The notes under the pieces: generated by a model
The model's database searches: none
What the model saw: only the letters and a program-made list of their open reading frames with translations
What the model was told of the DNA's origin: nothing
NCBI GenBank assembly: GCA_001689535.1
Contig: LUJP01000071.1
Location: 3,183 to 67,182, forward strand
From: Bacteroidales bacterium M5
GTDB lineage: Bacteria; Bacteroidota; Bacteroidia; Bacteroidales; Muribaculaceae
Reading direction: 5' to 3'
Length of the DNA: 64,000 nucleotides
Shown: in pieces, positions 37,563-48,324 of the stretch
Numbering within the stretch: position 1 is the stretch's first letter
Layout of the letters: each line of letters starts with the position of its first letter
Program-made: the position numbers and the translations under genes

Positions 37563-38475
37563 GATGGGAGGGTTCGGTTGATTCGTAGTTTGACAGGGAT
37601 TCGCGCAGGCTCTGCGTCATCATGGCGCGGAGCTCCGGAGGCGAGAGCACGGTGATATTCGGCCCGTAGCTCAGCAGCTCGGCCACGAGGTCGGGCGTAA
37701 GGCGCAGCGTGAAACTGAATATGGAATACGTGTCGCTCACCATCTCGCTCTGCGAGGGATGCAGCGGCAGCGCGCGGAAATACTTGGCCTGGCGCAGGTC
37801 GGTGCGTATCACCACTCGTTTTGGTTCGCCCTGGCTGAACACTATGCCGAAGGAATAGCGGAAATACTCGTCGGGGTCGAAATCCGTGGCGGGGGTGAAA
37901 GTGCGGTCGGTCAGCACGAGGTCGGTCATGCGGTCGAGCGCATAGGTCTTGATGGTACCTTCAGCCACATTGCGGCCGGTCACATACCAGCGCAGCTTGA
38001 AAATCTTCAGGAAGTAAGGCTCGAGCGTCACCTTCTTCGGCGCGCCGGTGCGCGAAAACGGGCTGTAGCCGAACGTGATGGTGGCCTTCTCCTTCAGCGC
38101 CGAGATGAGAGGCGACAGAAACTGGCGCGCCGAGGGCACCTCCTCCAGAAACACGAGGTCGGCCACCTGGCGCGCATCGGCCAGGGCATTGCTCATCGAC
38201 GCCGTGTTGAGCATCCAGTCGGTCACACTCCCGGCGCGGGAATCGTCGGCCTCTGAAACCGAATACTCATACGTCACCGGATTGCACTCTATGTTTATGC
38301 CGAAGAGCTCCTCGATGGCATTGCGGTAATTGTAGAACGTGCGGCGCGGCATCGGGCGCCCCTCGCTGTAGGGCGATAGCTGCCACAGCCGGCTCAGCTC
38401 CTGACGCGTGATCGAGCCGTGACGGCGGATTGTGTCCACAATCCAGATATATCGGTTGAGCAGATTCTTTGACAT
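37552..38475 (-). CDS. WYL-domain transcriptional regulator
   Basis: N-terminal HTH ([17 protein letters not shown]), EPYFLK..WYV, YALDRM, WCX-like tail. Start moved to 38475. Confidence 0.9.
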   Translation of the reverse strand: MSKNLLNRYIWIVDTIRRHGSITRQELSRLWQLSPYSEGRPMPRRTFYNYRNAIEELFGINIECNPVTYEYSVSEADDSRAGSVTDWMLNTASMSNALADARQVADLVFLEEVPSARQFLSPLISALKEKATITFGYSPFSRTGAPKKVTLEPYFLKIFKLRWYVTGRNVAEGTIKTYALDRMTDLVLTDRTFTPATDFDPDEYFRYSFGIVFSQGEPKRVVIRTDLRQAKYFRALPLHPSQSEMVSDTYSIFSFTLRLTPDLVAELLSYGPNITVLSPPELRAMMTQSLRESLSNYESTEPSHHEN

Positions 38476-38542
38476 AAAAGCGGAGCCACCCCAAAACCGG
38501 CAGCTCCACAAAGATACGAAGAAGTCGGATGCAAAAGCAAAT

Positions 38543-40894
38543 TTATTTGATTTTACCGTCGTCTTCCACACCCCACTCCCTGTTTGGCCTGTTGCCGAGT
38601 ACAAGTTCAAGCTCGCCGCCGGCCATGATGTCGCGATAGTCGATATGGCATTTGGTATAATCCTTGCCGTTCAGGCGTGCTGACTGGATATAGGCATTCT
38701 CTGGAGAATTCTGCAGGGCCGTGATGGTGAATGTCTTCCCGTCGGGCAAGCTGAGCACGGCGCGGTCAAATACCGGCGATGTGATTTCAAAACGGGTCTC
38801 GCCGGGACATACGGGATGAATGCCGATAGCCGACAGTACGTACCACGCCGACATCTGCCCCACGTCCTCATTGCCTGTAAGACCTGCCACCTTGTTCTTG
38901 TAGGCATTCGCACAGATGAAACGCGTCCATTTTTGCGTCTTCCAGGGCTGTCCGAGACGATTGTAGAGGTACGGGATATGGTGCACCGGCTCATTGGCAT
39001 GGTTATAATAGTCGTTCCAGAGGAAATGCGACGGCGTATTGGCAAACATCGTGTCAAGATCGGCAAGCACCGCCTCGCGGCCGCCCATCAGTTCGGCCAT
39101 GCCATCGATATCATGCGGCACGAACCATCCCTGCTGATAGGGATTGGACTCGGCGCAACCATAACTCTGCTGCAGGCGCCCTGCCTCGGGCCACGGATAG
39201 AAGCTGCCGTCCTCCTGTCGCGGACGGAAACTTTTCACCTCGGGATCATAGATATTCCGGTAGGAGGAAGAACGGCGCAGATAGGTGTCGCGGTCAACTT
39301 TGTGGCCCAGCCAGCCGGCCAGCTGCGCCATACACCACTCGGTATAGGCGTGCTCGAGGGTCCGCGATATGCCTTCGCCCCCGGGAGTAAATCCGCGTTC
39401 GCCGTTGCCGAACTTCTCGCTGGTGTTTACGGCATAGCGGTAGGCCTTCTCCACGTCATAATTCCGGATTCCCTTGGCATAGCAGTCGGCCAGAACCGAT
39501 ATGGCAGGATTGCCCAGCATACAGCCGCTGTTGGCGTTCAGGAACTCCCAGCGTTCAAGATATTCGCTTCCGTTCTCTTCCGCCATAGTTATCAGTGAGT
39601 TCAGCATATCGCTCACCACATCAGGCCGGATGATGGTGAGCAACGGCATCTCGCTGCGGAACACATCCCATCCGCTGAAGATAGTGCGTTTATGAAAGAG
39701 ATTGGTCTGGTGCGCCTTATAATCGCCACCCACATATTTTCCGTCAACATCAGTGTACATGCGCGGGTCGAGCATCGTATGGTAAAGGGCGGTGTAAAAT
39801 ACGGTTCTCGTATCGTCGTCGCCACCTTCCACCTGTATTTTCGCCAAAGTATTGTCCCAGCGTTTGCGGCTGTCGGCCAGAATGCGATCGAAATCCCAGC
39901 CTTCTATCTCGGCTTTCAGATTCTTCTCCGCACCATCCTCGCTCACAAACGAGATTCCGGCCTTCATCATCACCGCTTCACCCTCTTTCGTGTCAAATTC
40001 GGTAAAGAAACCCAGATGCTTGCCTTCGTACTCCTTTATTCCGGTCAACACCTGCGCGCCAGCCGTCATCCGCTGGAATTCCTCGCTTTCGATATCCTGC
40101 CGCTTGCGGCTCTGCCCGTCGGGCACCGGAACCGTCCACACGCCATATCTGGAAAGCGGCTTCGAGAACTGTGCATAGAAATAGACGGTATAGAGGCCCT
40201 TGCCGTCACCGTTTCCCCAGCCGCCTCCTTCGGGCGTACATTCCATGCGTCCGGCTATGGTATGGTCATTGACCACACGCACCTTCTGCCAGGTCGAGGT
40301 GCCTCCCACGCGGCGTGCCAGGTCTATCTGGATACGTGATTCCTTGCTTTCGGGGTAGGTGAACCGCAGCATGCCGCTATGGGGAGCGGCTGTCGCCTCG
40401 GCCTTCACACCGTAGTCGCTCAGATACACCGAGTAATACCCTGCCCGGGCCTCCTCCGACTGCTTGTCGTAACGCGAGCGGTATCCCGCATCCGGATTCG
40501 CCTCCTTGCCCGAGGCCGTATGCAAAGGCCCAACGGTAGGCATCACCAGGAAATTACCCAGATCGCCATACCATCCCACACCGCTCATCTGTGTGAAGGC
40601 AAACCCTTCCATTGTGGTATGCTCGTGGCTGTAACCCGACCCGTTGTCGCCGCCGGTTATGGTGTTCGGACTGAGCTGCACCATTCCGAAAGGTGTGGTC
40701 GATCCGGGGATGGTCTTGCCGAGGCCATGATAAGCCCCGGCCTCACTGATACTGGTGCTGGCCCCGATAAAGGGATTCACATAGTCCGACAGCCGCTTTC
40801 CGTCGGAAGCCGACTGCTGCCCAACGGCCAGAACAGAGCCTGCCATTGCCATCATCCCCGCACATAAAGATATAGTAATGAATCTCATAAACAA
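38543..40894 (-). CDS. GH92 alpha-mannosidase
   Basis: YVNPFIG, PFGMVQLSP, SGWDVFR, HANEP, GNEDVGQMSAW. Confidence 0.95.
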   Translation of the reverse strand: MFMRFITISLCAGMMAMAGSVLAVGQQSASDGKRLSDYVNPFIGASTSISEAGAYHGLGKTIPGSTTPFGMVQLSPNTITGGDNGSGYSHEHTTMEGFAFTQMSGVGWYGDLGNFLVMPTVGPLHTASGKEANPDAGYRSRYDKQSEEARAGYYSVYLSDYGVKAEATAAPHSGMLRFTYPESKESRIQIDLARRVGGTSTWQKVRVVNDHTIAGRMECTPEGGGWGNGDGKGLYTVYFYAQFSKPLSRYGVWTVPVPDGQSRKRQDIESEEFQRMTAGAQVLTGIKEYEGKHLGFFTEFDTKEGEAVMMKAGISFVSEDGAEKNLKAEIEGWDFDRILADSRKRWDNTLAKIQVEGGDDDTRTVFYTALYHTMLDPRMYTDVDGKYVGGDYKAHQTNLFHKRTIFSGWDVFRSEMPLLTIIRPDVVSDMLNSLITMAEENGSEYLERWEFLNANSGCMLGNPAISVLADCYAKGIRNYDVEKAYRYAVNTSEKFGNGERGFTPGGEGISRTLEHAYTEWCMAQLAGWLGHKVDRDTYLRRSSSYRNIYDPEVKSFRPRQEDGSFYPWPEAGRLQQSYGCAESNPYQQGWFVPHDIDGMAELMGGREAVLADLDTMFANTPSHFLWNDYYNHANEPVHHIPYLYNRLGQPWKTQKWTRFICANAYKNKVAGLTGNEDVGQMSAWYVLSAIGIHPVCPGETRFEITSPVFDRAVLSLPDGKTFTITALQNSPENAYIQSARLNGKDYTKCHIDYRDIMAGGELELVLGNRPNREWGVEDDGKIK

Positions 40895-41019
40895 CTTCTT
40901 TTTTCTGATTTTAGCTTACAAAGATAATTATAGCTGGCAGTTCCTGAGATTAAATTTACGGGCTGAACTTTGCAAAAACCGATATGTTGATTATTTTTGC
41001 CGGGAAGTAACCGATTGCC

Positions 41020-41886
41020 ATGAAATACGCTGATTACAAAAATACTCTGAATCTGCAGATGATTTATGCCGGCTATTCCAGAGTCGGCACGGAATGGTGC
41101 TACAAGAATGTGGTGAGCCCTTTCACAAGGCTGTTTCTCATAAACGAGGGATCGGCTTCAGTCTACATGAACCAAAAAGAGTATAAGCTGAAGGAAGGCG
41201 ACATGTTCATAATCCCCAAATATACTTTTCATGAGTATGAATGCCGCGAATCGATGGGACATTACTATATCTGTTTTATCGATCAGCTCATAGGTGGCCG
41301 TAATCTGTTTGAATACGCGAATATCGACTATTGCCCGAAGGCCTCGGAGCTGGACGAATATCTGATGAAGCGGTATCTGGAGCTGAACCCGGGGTGCCGA
41401 CTCACCGACCCCGATCCGCTGATCTACGACAACCGGCCTGAACTGTTTACCATCAACCGCGAAAAACCTACCGGGGAGTTCAACAAGGATATTGAAAGCT
41501 CCGGAATACTGCTCATGCTGTTCTCACGCTTTCTCAGAGAAGGCACGCGCCCGTTCTCCAACCTGAGCCACAGGATGATACAGGTGCTCAACTATATCCA
41601 CAACCACCTGGAGAATCGGATAACAGTGGCTGAACTGGCCGATATAATGTGCGTGACACCCGACCATTTTTCCCGCATATTCAAACAGGTGAACGGGATG
41701 ACCCCTAACAGATACATACAGCGAAAACGTGTGGAACGGGCGCAGACGCTCATGTTTTCATCAAACCTCGATCTTGCCGGCATAGCATGCAAAGTAGGCA
41801 TCCCCAACCAGTCGCAGTTCTCCAAGCTTTTCCACCGCCACACCGGCATATCCCCGCGCCTCTATATGCAGAACCGGCATGCCTGA
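41020..41886 (+). CDS. AraC-family transcriptional regulator
   Basis: Cupin N-terminus, C-terminal double HTH (HFSRIFK..GMTP; FSKLF..TGISP); divergent from GH92. Confidence 0.93.
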   Translation: MKYADYKNTLNLQMIYAGYSRVGTEWCYKNVVSPFTRLFLINEGSASVYMNQKEYKLKEGDMFIIPKYTFHEYECRESMGHYYICFIDQLIGGRNLFEYANIDYCPKASELDEYLMKRYLELNPGCRLTDPDPLIYDNRPELFTINREKPTGEFNKDIESSGILLMLFSRFLREGTRPFSNLSHRMIQVLNYIHNHLENRITVAELADIMCVTPDHFSRIFKQVNGMTPNRYIQRKRVERAQTLMFSSNLDLAGIACKVGIPNQSQFSKLFHRHTGISPRLYMQNRHA

Positions 41887-41906
41887 ACCACGCCGGCATA
41901 CACAAA

Positions 41907-41940
41907 GGCGGGTGTCGCAAAACTCAAGGCAACACCCGCC
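41907..41940. terminator. Probable terminator hairpin between convergent genes
   Basis: ggcgggtgt...acacccgcc stem. Confidence 0.6.
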
Positions 41941-41960
41941 GAAAATAAGAAATCTATGTA

Positions 41961-44327
41961 TTACTCGCTGCGCAGATGGTCCACGGGATTGCTGCGCGCC
42001 ACACCGAGGCTATTGAAGGCCACCACAGCCAGCAGCACGGCGAGAATCAGCAGCAGACAGGCCACGATGGTAAGCGGTGCCAGCGACACCTGCTCGGCGA
42101 ACTGCGACAGCCACCGCCGCCCCACGACTATAGCCACCGCACCGCCCGCCACAAGCGAGGGCAACGCCACCTTGAGTATCGAGCCGCAGAAGAGCTTGAG
42201 TATATCGGCAGCCGACTCGCCGTTGACCTTACGTATGGCTATCTCACGAGCGCGCCGCTGCGCCTCGTCGGCCGTATAGCCCACCAATCCGGTCATGGCT
42301 ATCAGAAGTATGGCCAGTCCGGCTATCAGCACCGAAGTGGCGAAACGTCTCACAGGCTCCGTCATAGCCTCCACGTCCACCGACATCGGTGTGACATAAA
42401 GCTCCTTGTCGGGAATCACGCGCGAAAGCACTTCCTGTGCCTGGTTCATGGTTTCCGGCGTAAGCGACGAGAATCTCACATACACATTGCTGTCGATTCT
42501 ACGTGAAGGGAACCATACGGCAGAACGGTCATCAAAGCCCCCGTTCTCAAAATGGTGCCTGCGCTGGTTGGCCACCACGCCGCACACCTCAAATTCTTCA
42601 CTGCCCGTTGCAGTATGTTCAGAAATCTTGAAGCGTCGTCCCACTATATTCCTGTCCTTGACGCCGCTCAGCTTCTCAAGCACATCTATGAAGCGCTCCT
42701 CGACCACCACCAGGTTCACGGTCGAATCGGCCAGCTCGCGGAAGGTGCCTCCCTGGAGGAACTTTATTCCGGCAGTAGCGAAAAACTCGGGATGGGTCCC
42801 ATACATGTCGGCAACATTCACCTGCACGGAATAATCGTCGCCGAGCCACACATTGTTGCCGCTCGCGGGAGCGGTGGGATGCGACCAGGCCGACGCCACA
42901 CTCTCCACGCAGCCCAGATTGCGGAGCTCCGACACGAGAGCCTCCCTTTTATCCTGAGGCACACCCGAGAGATCCACATGCGCCAGATTCTTGTATTCGA
43001 ATCCCATGTCGAGAGCAGCCATCATGTAATACTGACGCCCTACAATCACCAGCAGACATAGCAGCAGTCCAGAGGCGAAGAATTCCAGTGAGAGCAGGGC
43101 GAGTTTCCAGCCACGCCGTCCGCGCGCCACACCGCGAAACGCCGAGGCCACCGGAGTGCGGCAATAGAGCCATGCCGGCACGGCGCCTGTGATGGCAAGC
43201 AGCACCACCATCACCGCGCCCTCCACAAGCCAGAGATTGCCTATGGAGAAGAGCTGCGCGGGCGTGTAGCCCAAGAGACTTCGGCAGAGATCGGGAAAAC
43301 AGAATGTGAGCAGCACGGCAAGCAGGGCCGACACCAGCAAGAAAAACAGGCTCTCGCCCATTATGCGGCCGAAGATGCGGGCCGAGGATGTGCCGTAGCA
43401 CTTCCGCACGGCCATCTCCTTGGCACGGCGTCCCATCTGCCCTATGGTCACCAGCAGATAGTTGAGCGCGGCGCTCATGAGCAGAACCACGGCAAGAAAT
43501 GTAAGCATCAGCGACATCGACTTCACGCTTTCCTGCGAGGAATAAAATCCCACAAGCGGCACGGGGCGCAAGGTGAAATGAAACATATCAAGCGCCTCCT
43601 TGTCAACATTATCCTCAAGCATGGCCCGGACACCGGGCTTGATATCATCCGGAACCACGCCCGAAGCGAGCCTGATGAAACTGCGGTAGCCGTCGTTACC
43701 CATCCAGTTATCGCGCCCGTCGTAGCTTACAAGGGCTATGGTGGGCAGACTCACATACACCACATTATCTATCATGGAGTTGAGAGGATAATCCTCGTAG
43801 ACGCCCCCTATGGTAAGCTTGAACGAATCGGAAAAGCTCTGCACCGTAAATTCAAGCCCTATGACATCGCCACCTATCTTTTCGGCGAGCGACTGCGGAA
43901 TCATCACCTGGCGCTCCACCTCCATCACATCGTGCGGATCTCCGGCGATAATGCGGGTGGGGAGCACGTCGAAAAGCCGCTCGTCGGCCAGCCAGCCTCC
44001 GTCCACGTCGAAAGAACGGCCGTCGGCAAGCTTTATCTTCGTTTCCGACACCATCTGGCGTATACGGGTGCCGTCCTCCACCTGAGGGATATAACGTTTC
44101 ATTCCGGGTGCAATGGCTCCGGGAGTAAAGCCGTATTCAGCAAATTCTCCATTTCTCTCAAACGTCTCCTTCACCACATATATGCGGTCAGCATTGGGGA
44201 AAAACGCGTCGTATGTCTGTTCGAACCACACTTTTGCCACGAGCAGAAACCCGATGGCCAGACCTACGGTGAGACACAGTATCTTGGTGAGATTGCGCCT
44301 TAGATCGGAAGTAAAGAATTTCATCAT
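41961..44327 (-). CDS. MacB/FtsX-like ABC transporter permease
   Basis: Two repeats of periplasmic domain plus TM bundle, with RAKEMAVRKCYG and REIAIRKVNG. Confidence 0.92.
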   Translation of the reverse strand: MMKFFTSDLRRNLTKILCLTVGLAIGFLLVAKVWFEQTYDAFFPNADRIYVVKETFERNGEFAEYGFTPGAIAPGMKRYIPQVEDGTRIRQMVSETKIKLADGRSFDVDGGWLADERLFDVLPTRIIAGDPHDVMEVERQVMIPQSLAEKIGGDVIGLEFTVQSFSDSFKLTIGGVYEDYPLNSMIDNVVYVSLPTIALVSYDGRDNWMGNDGYRSFIRLASGVVPDDIKPGVRAMLEDNVDKEALDMFHFTLRPVPLVGFYSSQESVKSMSLMLTFLAVVLLMSAALNYLLVTIGQMGRRAKEMAVRKCYGTSSARIFGRIMGESLFFLLVSALLAVLLTFCFPDLCRSLLGYTPAQLFSIGNLWLVEGAVMVVLLAITGAVPAWLYCRTPVASAFRGVARGRRGWKLALLSLEFFASGLLLCLLVIVGRQYYMMAALDMGFEYKNLAHVDLSGVPQDKREALVSELRNLGCVESVASAWSHPTAPASGNNVWLGDDYSVQVNVADMYGTHPEFFATAGIKFLQGGTFRELADSTVNLVVVEERFIDVLEKLSGVKDRNIVGRRFKISEHTATGSEEFEVCGVVANQRRHHFENGGFDDRSAVWFPSRRIDSNVYVRFSSLTPETMNQAQEVLSRVIPDKELYVTPMSVDVEAMTEPVRRFATSVLIAGLAILLIAMTGLVGYTADEAQRRAREIAIRKVNGESAADILKLFCGSILKVALPSLVAGGAVAIVVGRRWLSQFAEQVSLAPLTIVACLLLILAVLLAVVAFNSLGVARSNPVDHLRSE

Positions 44328-44328
44328 G

Positions 44329-45012
44329 TCACATTCTGTCGTTAAGATTCTCCACTATCTGGCCGTCGAAAAGATTGATTATGCGGTCGGCCAGTGCCGC
44401 ATCTTTCTGCGAATGGGTCACCATGACTATCGTGGCCCCGGCGCGGTGCAGCTCCGAGAGCAGTTCCATCACCTCGGCGCCGTTACGGGAGTCGAGGTTT
44501 CCGGTGGGCTCGTCGGCAAGTATCAGACCCGGTTCCGACACGATGGCGCGTGCTATGGCGGCTCTCTGCTGCTGACCGCCCGAAAGCTGCGAGGGATAAT
44601 GACGGCTGCGGTGGGCTATGCCCATACGGCGCATGGCCTCGTCAACGCGGCGGTTCTTCTCGGCCTTCGGAAGGTCGAGGCTGTTGAGCGGAAGCATAAT
44701 GTTGTCGCGGATATTCATCTCCTCTATAAGGTTGAACGACTGGAATATGAAGCCTATGCGGCCACGGCGCCACACCGTGCGCTGGCTTTCGCGCAGCGAA
44801 CCCACCTCGGTGTCGCCAAGCAGATATTCTCCCGATGTTGGATTATCCAGAAGGCCGAGGATGTTGAGCAAAGTTGATTTACCACAGCCCGAGGGCCCCA
44901 TCACGGCCACAAATTCGCCGTCGGCCACACTGAGCGACACGCCGTTGAGAGCTATGGTCTGAACGCTGTCGGAACGGAACACCTTTTTCAGGTTTTTGAT
45001 TTCTATATTCAT
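44329..45012 (-). CDS. ABC transporter ATP-binding protein (LolD/MacB-like)
   Basis: GPSGCGKS, LSGGQQQR, ADEPTGNLD, VTH. Confidence 0.96.
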   Translation of the reverse strand: MNIEIKNLKKVFRSDSVQTIALNGVSLSVADGEFVAVMGPSGCGKSTLLNILGLLDNPTSGEYLLGDTEVGSLRESQRTVWRRGRIGFIFQSFNLIEEMNIRDNIMLPLNSLDLPKAEKNRRVDEAMRRMGIAHRSRHYPSQLSGGQQQRAAIARAIVSEPGLILADEPTGNLDSRNGAEVMELLSELHRAGATIVMVTHSQKDAALADRIINLFDGQIVENLNDRM

Positions 45013-45027
45013 AATTATAAGGATTTG

Positions 45028-46281
45028 TTATTTATCGATTATTATTTTGTCAACATCACCGTAGTTGTTGTATGAGCTTATTATCACGCGCTCGCCAGGC
45101 TCGAGGCCTGAGGTCACTTCATAGAACTGTGGATTCTGGCGTCCTATGGAAATTTCGCGGCGTGTGGCCGACCGGCCGTCGGGGGCGATTACGTAAATCC
45201 ACTTGCCGCCGGTCGACTGGAAGAATGACCCTTTCGGTACCAGCACGGCCCCGGCAGACTCTCCGAGCATGAGATCCACCGGATAGGTCTGGCCCACGCG
45301 CGGATTGGCAGGCAGCTCGCCGTCGATGATGAGGTCGGCGCGGAAATGCCCTTCCGACACCTCGGGATACACCTTGCTCACCGTAACGGGAATCTCCTTG
45401 CCGCCTCGACGCGCGCATCCCTGCAACCCGGCCGACACGCGGTCTATATAATGCTCGTCTATCTGCACAGCGAGCTTGTAATTGTCGAGAATGTTTATCT
45501 GGCCCACCTGCTGACCGGCGCCGATATTCTGGCCGAGTTCGGCATTGAGGCTGCCGAGCTGTCCGGCGTGGGAGGCGCGGATGTTGAGATTGTCGGCACG
45601 CTGACGCACCAGCGCGAAGTTCTCGCGCATGTTCTGAAGGCTCTCGCGCATCATGCCAAGCTGAACGGATCGGTAGAGCGAGTCCTGACGCTGACGGCTC
45701 TGGAGCAGCTCCATGTTCTCACGCGCCAGCTCATAGTCCTCGCAGGCCTTCAGGTAGTCCTCGCGGGAGGTCAGGCGCTCGTTGTAGAGTTCGGTCTGCT
45801 GCGTGGCCAGACGCCGCTTGCGGTTGAGGTCGGTGCGCGCCGCCAGCAGGTCCTGCTTGATCTGCAGCCGCTCCTTCTCCATTGCAAGCTCGGTATCGCG
45901 CAGCATGTTCTGGCGCTCGGCAAGCTGCGACTCCGAGTCGAGAATCTGCTGCCGCAGTCCGGGATTGCGCAGAACGAGTATAACATCGCCGGGCGACACC
46001 ATAGCGCCCTCTTCCTTGACCTTAGACTCAACGATTCCCGTTTCGAGGGCCGAGATCTGCACCGTCATACCGGTCTCTATCCGGCCGTTGATGCGTATGT
46101 AGTCATTGAACAGGCCTTCGGTCACTTCGCCGATAACCATGGTGTCGGCCTTGGCTTCGTAGGTCGATGTCCCCGACGAGACCACAGCCCATACCACAGC
46201 CGCTATCACCGCCGCGCCTGCTGCCACCCACCATCCATACTTTTTTAACATCGGATGCTTCCGCTTGATTTCTATATCCAT
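45028..46281 (-). CDS. Efflux periplasmic adaptor subunit (MacA/HlyD-like)
   Basis: N-terminal TM, lipoyl/coiled-coil region, EVTSGLEPGERVI. Confidence 0.92.
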   Translation of the reverse strand: MDIEIKRKHPMLKKYGWWVAAGAAVIAAVVWAVVSSGTSTYEAKADTMVIGEVTEGLFNDYIRINGRIETGMTVQISALETGIVESKVKEEGAMVSPGDVILVLRNPGLRQQILDSESQLAERQNMLRDTELAMEKERLQIKQDLLAARTDLNRKRRLATQQTELYNERLTSREDYLKACEDYELARENMELLQSRQRQDSLYRSVQLGMMRESLQNMRENFALVRQRADNLNIRASHAGQLGSLNAELGQNIGAGQQVGQINILDNYKLAVQIDEHYIDRVSAGLQGCARRGGKEIPVTVSKVYPEVSEGHFRADLIIDGELPANPRVGQTYPVDLMLGESAGAVLVPKGSFFQSTGGKWIYVIAPDGRSATRREISIGRQNPQFYEVTSGLEPGERVIISSYNNYGDVDKIIIDK

Positions 46282-46286
46282 AGTTC

Positions 46287-47582
46287 TTACTCTTTTATAA
46301 GTTTTTCGCCGTGATAGTAATCAAGTGTTATCCGGCTTATGATTTTTGCAATACGTTTTCCCTCATAGTTGGCGCGCGCGGTGGCAAGCTTGGTTCCGGA
46401 GGTGTAGAGCTCCACCGGCGAGGCGCCTCCGAGTTCGAACTTGCGGCGCACGGCCTCGTAGGCTATCTTTTCGGCGTCGAGGCGGCGGGATGCCGCGGTC
46501 ATCTCGGCGTCGGCGGTAGCATAGTCGAGCGCGGCCTCGGCTGTGGCCTTCTCTATCTCATATTCCGTCTGGCTAAGCTTCACGCGGCTTTCACGCACTT
46601 CGATTTTGGCGCGCTTGAGCTTTCCGGACAGTGACAGCCCCGTAAATAGGGGGATTGACACCGTGAATCCCACATACTCGCCCATGTTGTCGTGCCACTG
46701 GTGGCTGAACGTAGGCATGGGCTGAGCGGAATGCATCATCCGGTAGTACGACGTGGATATTCCGGCATTGAGCGAGATGCGGGGTGAGAATGCGCCACGG
46801 GCCGCTCTGAGCGCATACTCGCTCTCGCGCAGCTCCAGGCGTGCCGCGGCTATGCGCGGATGCTCTCCGTAGTGGCCACGGTTGCCCTCGGCCACTTCCT
46901 CTTCTATAAGATCGAGAGGTTCGTCGGTAGGATTCATGCCCATTGCGCTCCGCAGGCCCAGATAGGCCTTGGCAAGCAGACCGCGCTGGTTGGCAAGTTC
47001 ATATTCGTCGGCAGCCACGAGCGCCTGTAGCTCGGCCACATCGGCCCCGCTGCGCATACCCAGACGCTCCCCGCGCTCGGTAGCCGCCAGGTCGGTGCTG
47101 TCGCGCTCGAGCTGATGGAGCATCTGCTCCACCATAGCCTTACAGTAAGACACGTTGTAGAACGACCGGATTACCTCAAGCGACACAAGATCGCGTTCAG
47201 CCGACGCCGCATGCTCGCGCCGCAGCTGGGCCACGCGGGCGGCTTTCAGATTGTTGACGTTGACCAGTCCGTCGAACACCGGCAGCGTCATGCCTATGCC
47301 GAAACCGGTGGAAAGGGTCTGGCGGTTGTCGTAGGTGTTTGTCTCCGGGTCAATGTTGCGGCCGAAGCTTATGTTGCCGTTTGATGAGAAGCTCACGTCA
47401 GGGAGCAGCCCCGAGAGTGCCATGCGCTTTTCGGCGGCCGCCTTCTCCACGTCGAGACGGCCCAGGATATTGCTGTGGGCATGGTCGCGGGCATACACCA
47501 GACAGTCATTGAGTGTCATGGAGGCGTGTGCGCCATGCCCTGCGAGCAATGAAATGATGATGATTACTGATTGAAGTTTCAT
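46287..47582 (-). CDS. TolC-family outer-membrane protein
   Basis: Signal peptide, MTLNDCL.YA, LPVFDG and IPLFTG repeats. Start moved to 47582. Confidence 0.9.
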   Translation of the reverse strand: MKLQSVIIIISLLAGHGAHASMTLNDCLVYARDHAHSNILGRLDVEKAAAEKRMALSGLLPDVSFSSNGNISFGRNIDPETNTYDNRQTLSTGFGIGMTLPVFDGLVNVNNLKAARVAQLRREHAASAERDLVSLEVIRSFYNVSYCKAMVEQMLHQLERDSTDLAATERGERLGMRSGADVAELQALVAADEYELANQRGLLAKAYLGLRSAMGMNPTDEPLDLIEEEVAEGNRGHYGEHPRIAAARLELRESEYALRAARGAFSPRISLNAGISTSYYRMMHSAQPMPTFSHQWHDNMGEYVGFTVSIPLFTGLSLSGKLKRAKIEVRESRVKLSQTEYEIEKATAEAALDYATADAEMTAASRRLDAEKIAYEAVRRKFELGGASPVELYTSGTKLATARANYEGKRIAKIISRITLDYYHGEKLIKE

Positions 47583-47745
47583 GGAGGCAAATTTACGGCG
47601 GCGAAACGTCGGCGCCCTGACATCGCTCCACAAACTGTATTTTCTGGCATAAGATTGTCTAATTTTTAGACATCCCCGTCGCCGGAGGCCCGTTTTTCCC
47701 AGGGCCAGGGGTTGCCGGTGACCCTATTAGTTATAATTTTGCGTC

Positions 47746-48324
47746 ATGAAAATTCTGATAATCGACGATAATCCGGCGGTGAGAACCACACTGCGGCTCG
47801 TTCTGGCCGACGAAGACTGCGAGATTGCCGCCGTGGGTAACCCTCAGCTTATTCCGGCCCTGCTTCAGGGCGGCAATACCGATGCGGTGCTTCTTGACAT
47901 GAATTTCGACAACGGACGCCTCGACGGTGCCGACGGCCTGTTCTGGCTCCGGCGCATAAAGGAGAGTCCCGACGCGCCGGCAGTGGTGCTGATAACCGCG
48001 TTCGGCGATGTTCCGCTGGCGGTGGAGGCCATGAAACTCGGCGCGGAGGACTTCGTGACCAAACCCTGGGACAACGACGAGCTGAAAGCCAAGCTGCGCC
48101 GTGCCGTCGCCGCCAACCGCCAGGCCAGGAAAGAACGCCAGGCAATGGGCAAAGCACTGGAACTCCAGCGGCGCGACAGCGAAAGAGCCTCAATGACGCT
48201 CGACCAGATTAAGACCGAACATATTAACGAGGTGATAGCCGGATGCGGCGGCAACCTGAGCGCGGCCGCACAGCGTCTGGGCGTAAATCGGCAGACACTT
48301 TATAATCTCCTGAAAAAGAAATGA
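47746..48324 (+). CDS. Response regulator: receiver plus Fis-type HTH, no AAA+ domain
   Basis: ILIIDD, LLDMNF, TAFG, KPW receiver motifs, then directly GNLSAAAQRLGVNRQTLY. Confidence 0.88.
   Translation: MKILIIDDNPAVRTTLRLVLADEDCEIAAVGNPQLIPALLQGGNTDAVLLDMNFDNGRLDGADGLFWLRRIKESPDAPAVVLITAFGDVPLAVEAMKLGAEDFVTKPWDNDELKAKLRRAVAANRQARKERQAMGKALELQRRDSERASMTLDQIKTEHINEVIAGCGGNLSAAAQRLGVNRQTLYNLLKKK

Noticed and set aside
37552..38475. WYL regulator as a marker of a defence island
   Set aside because: Its neighbours are trmD and GH92; no defence genes are adjacent.
41961..47582. MacAB-TolC-like exporter as the RiPP exporter
   Set aside because: It is about 15 kb from the cluster, has its own two-component system and is a common Bacteroidales module; nothing in the sequence links them.
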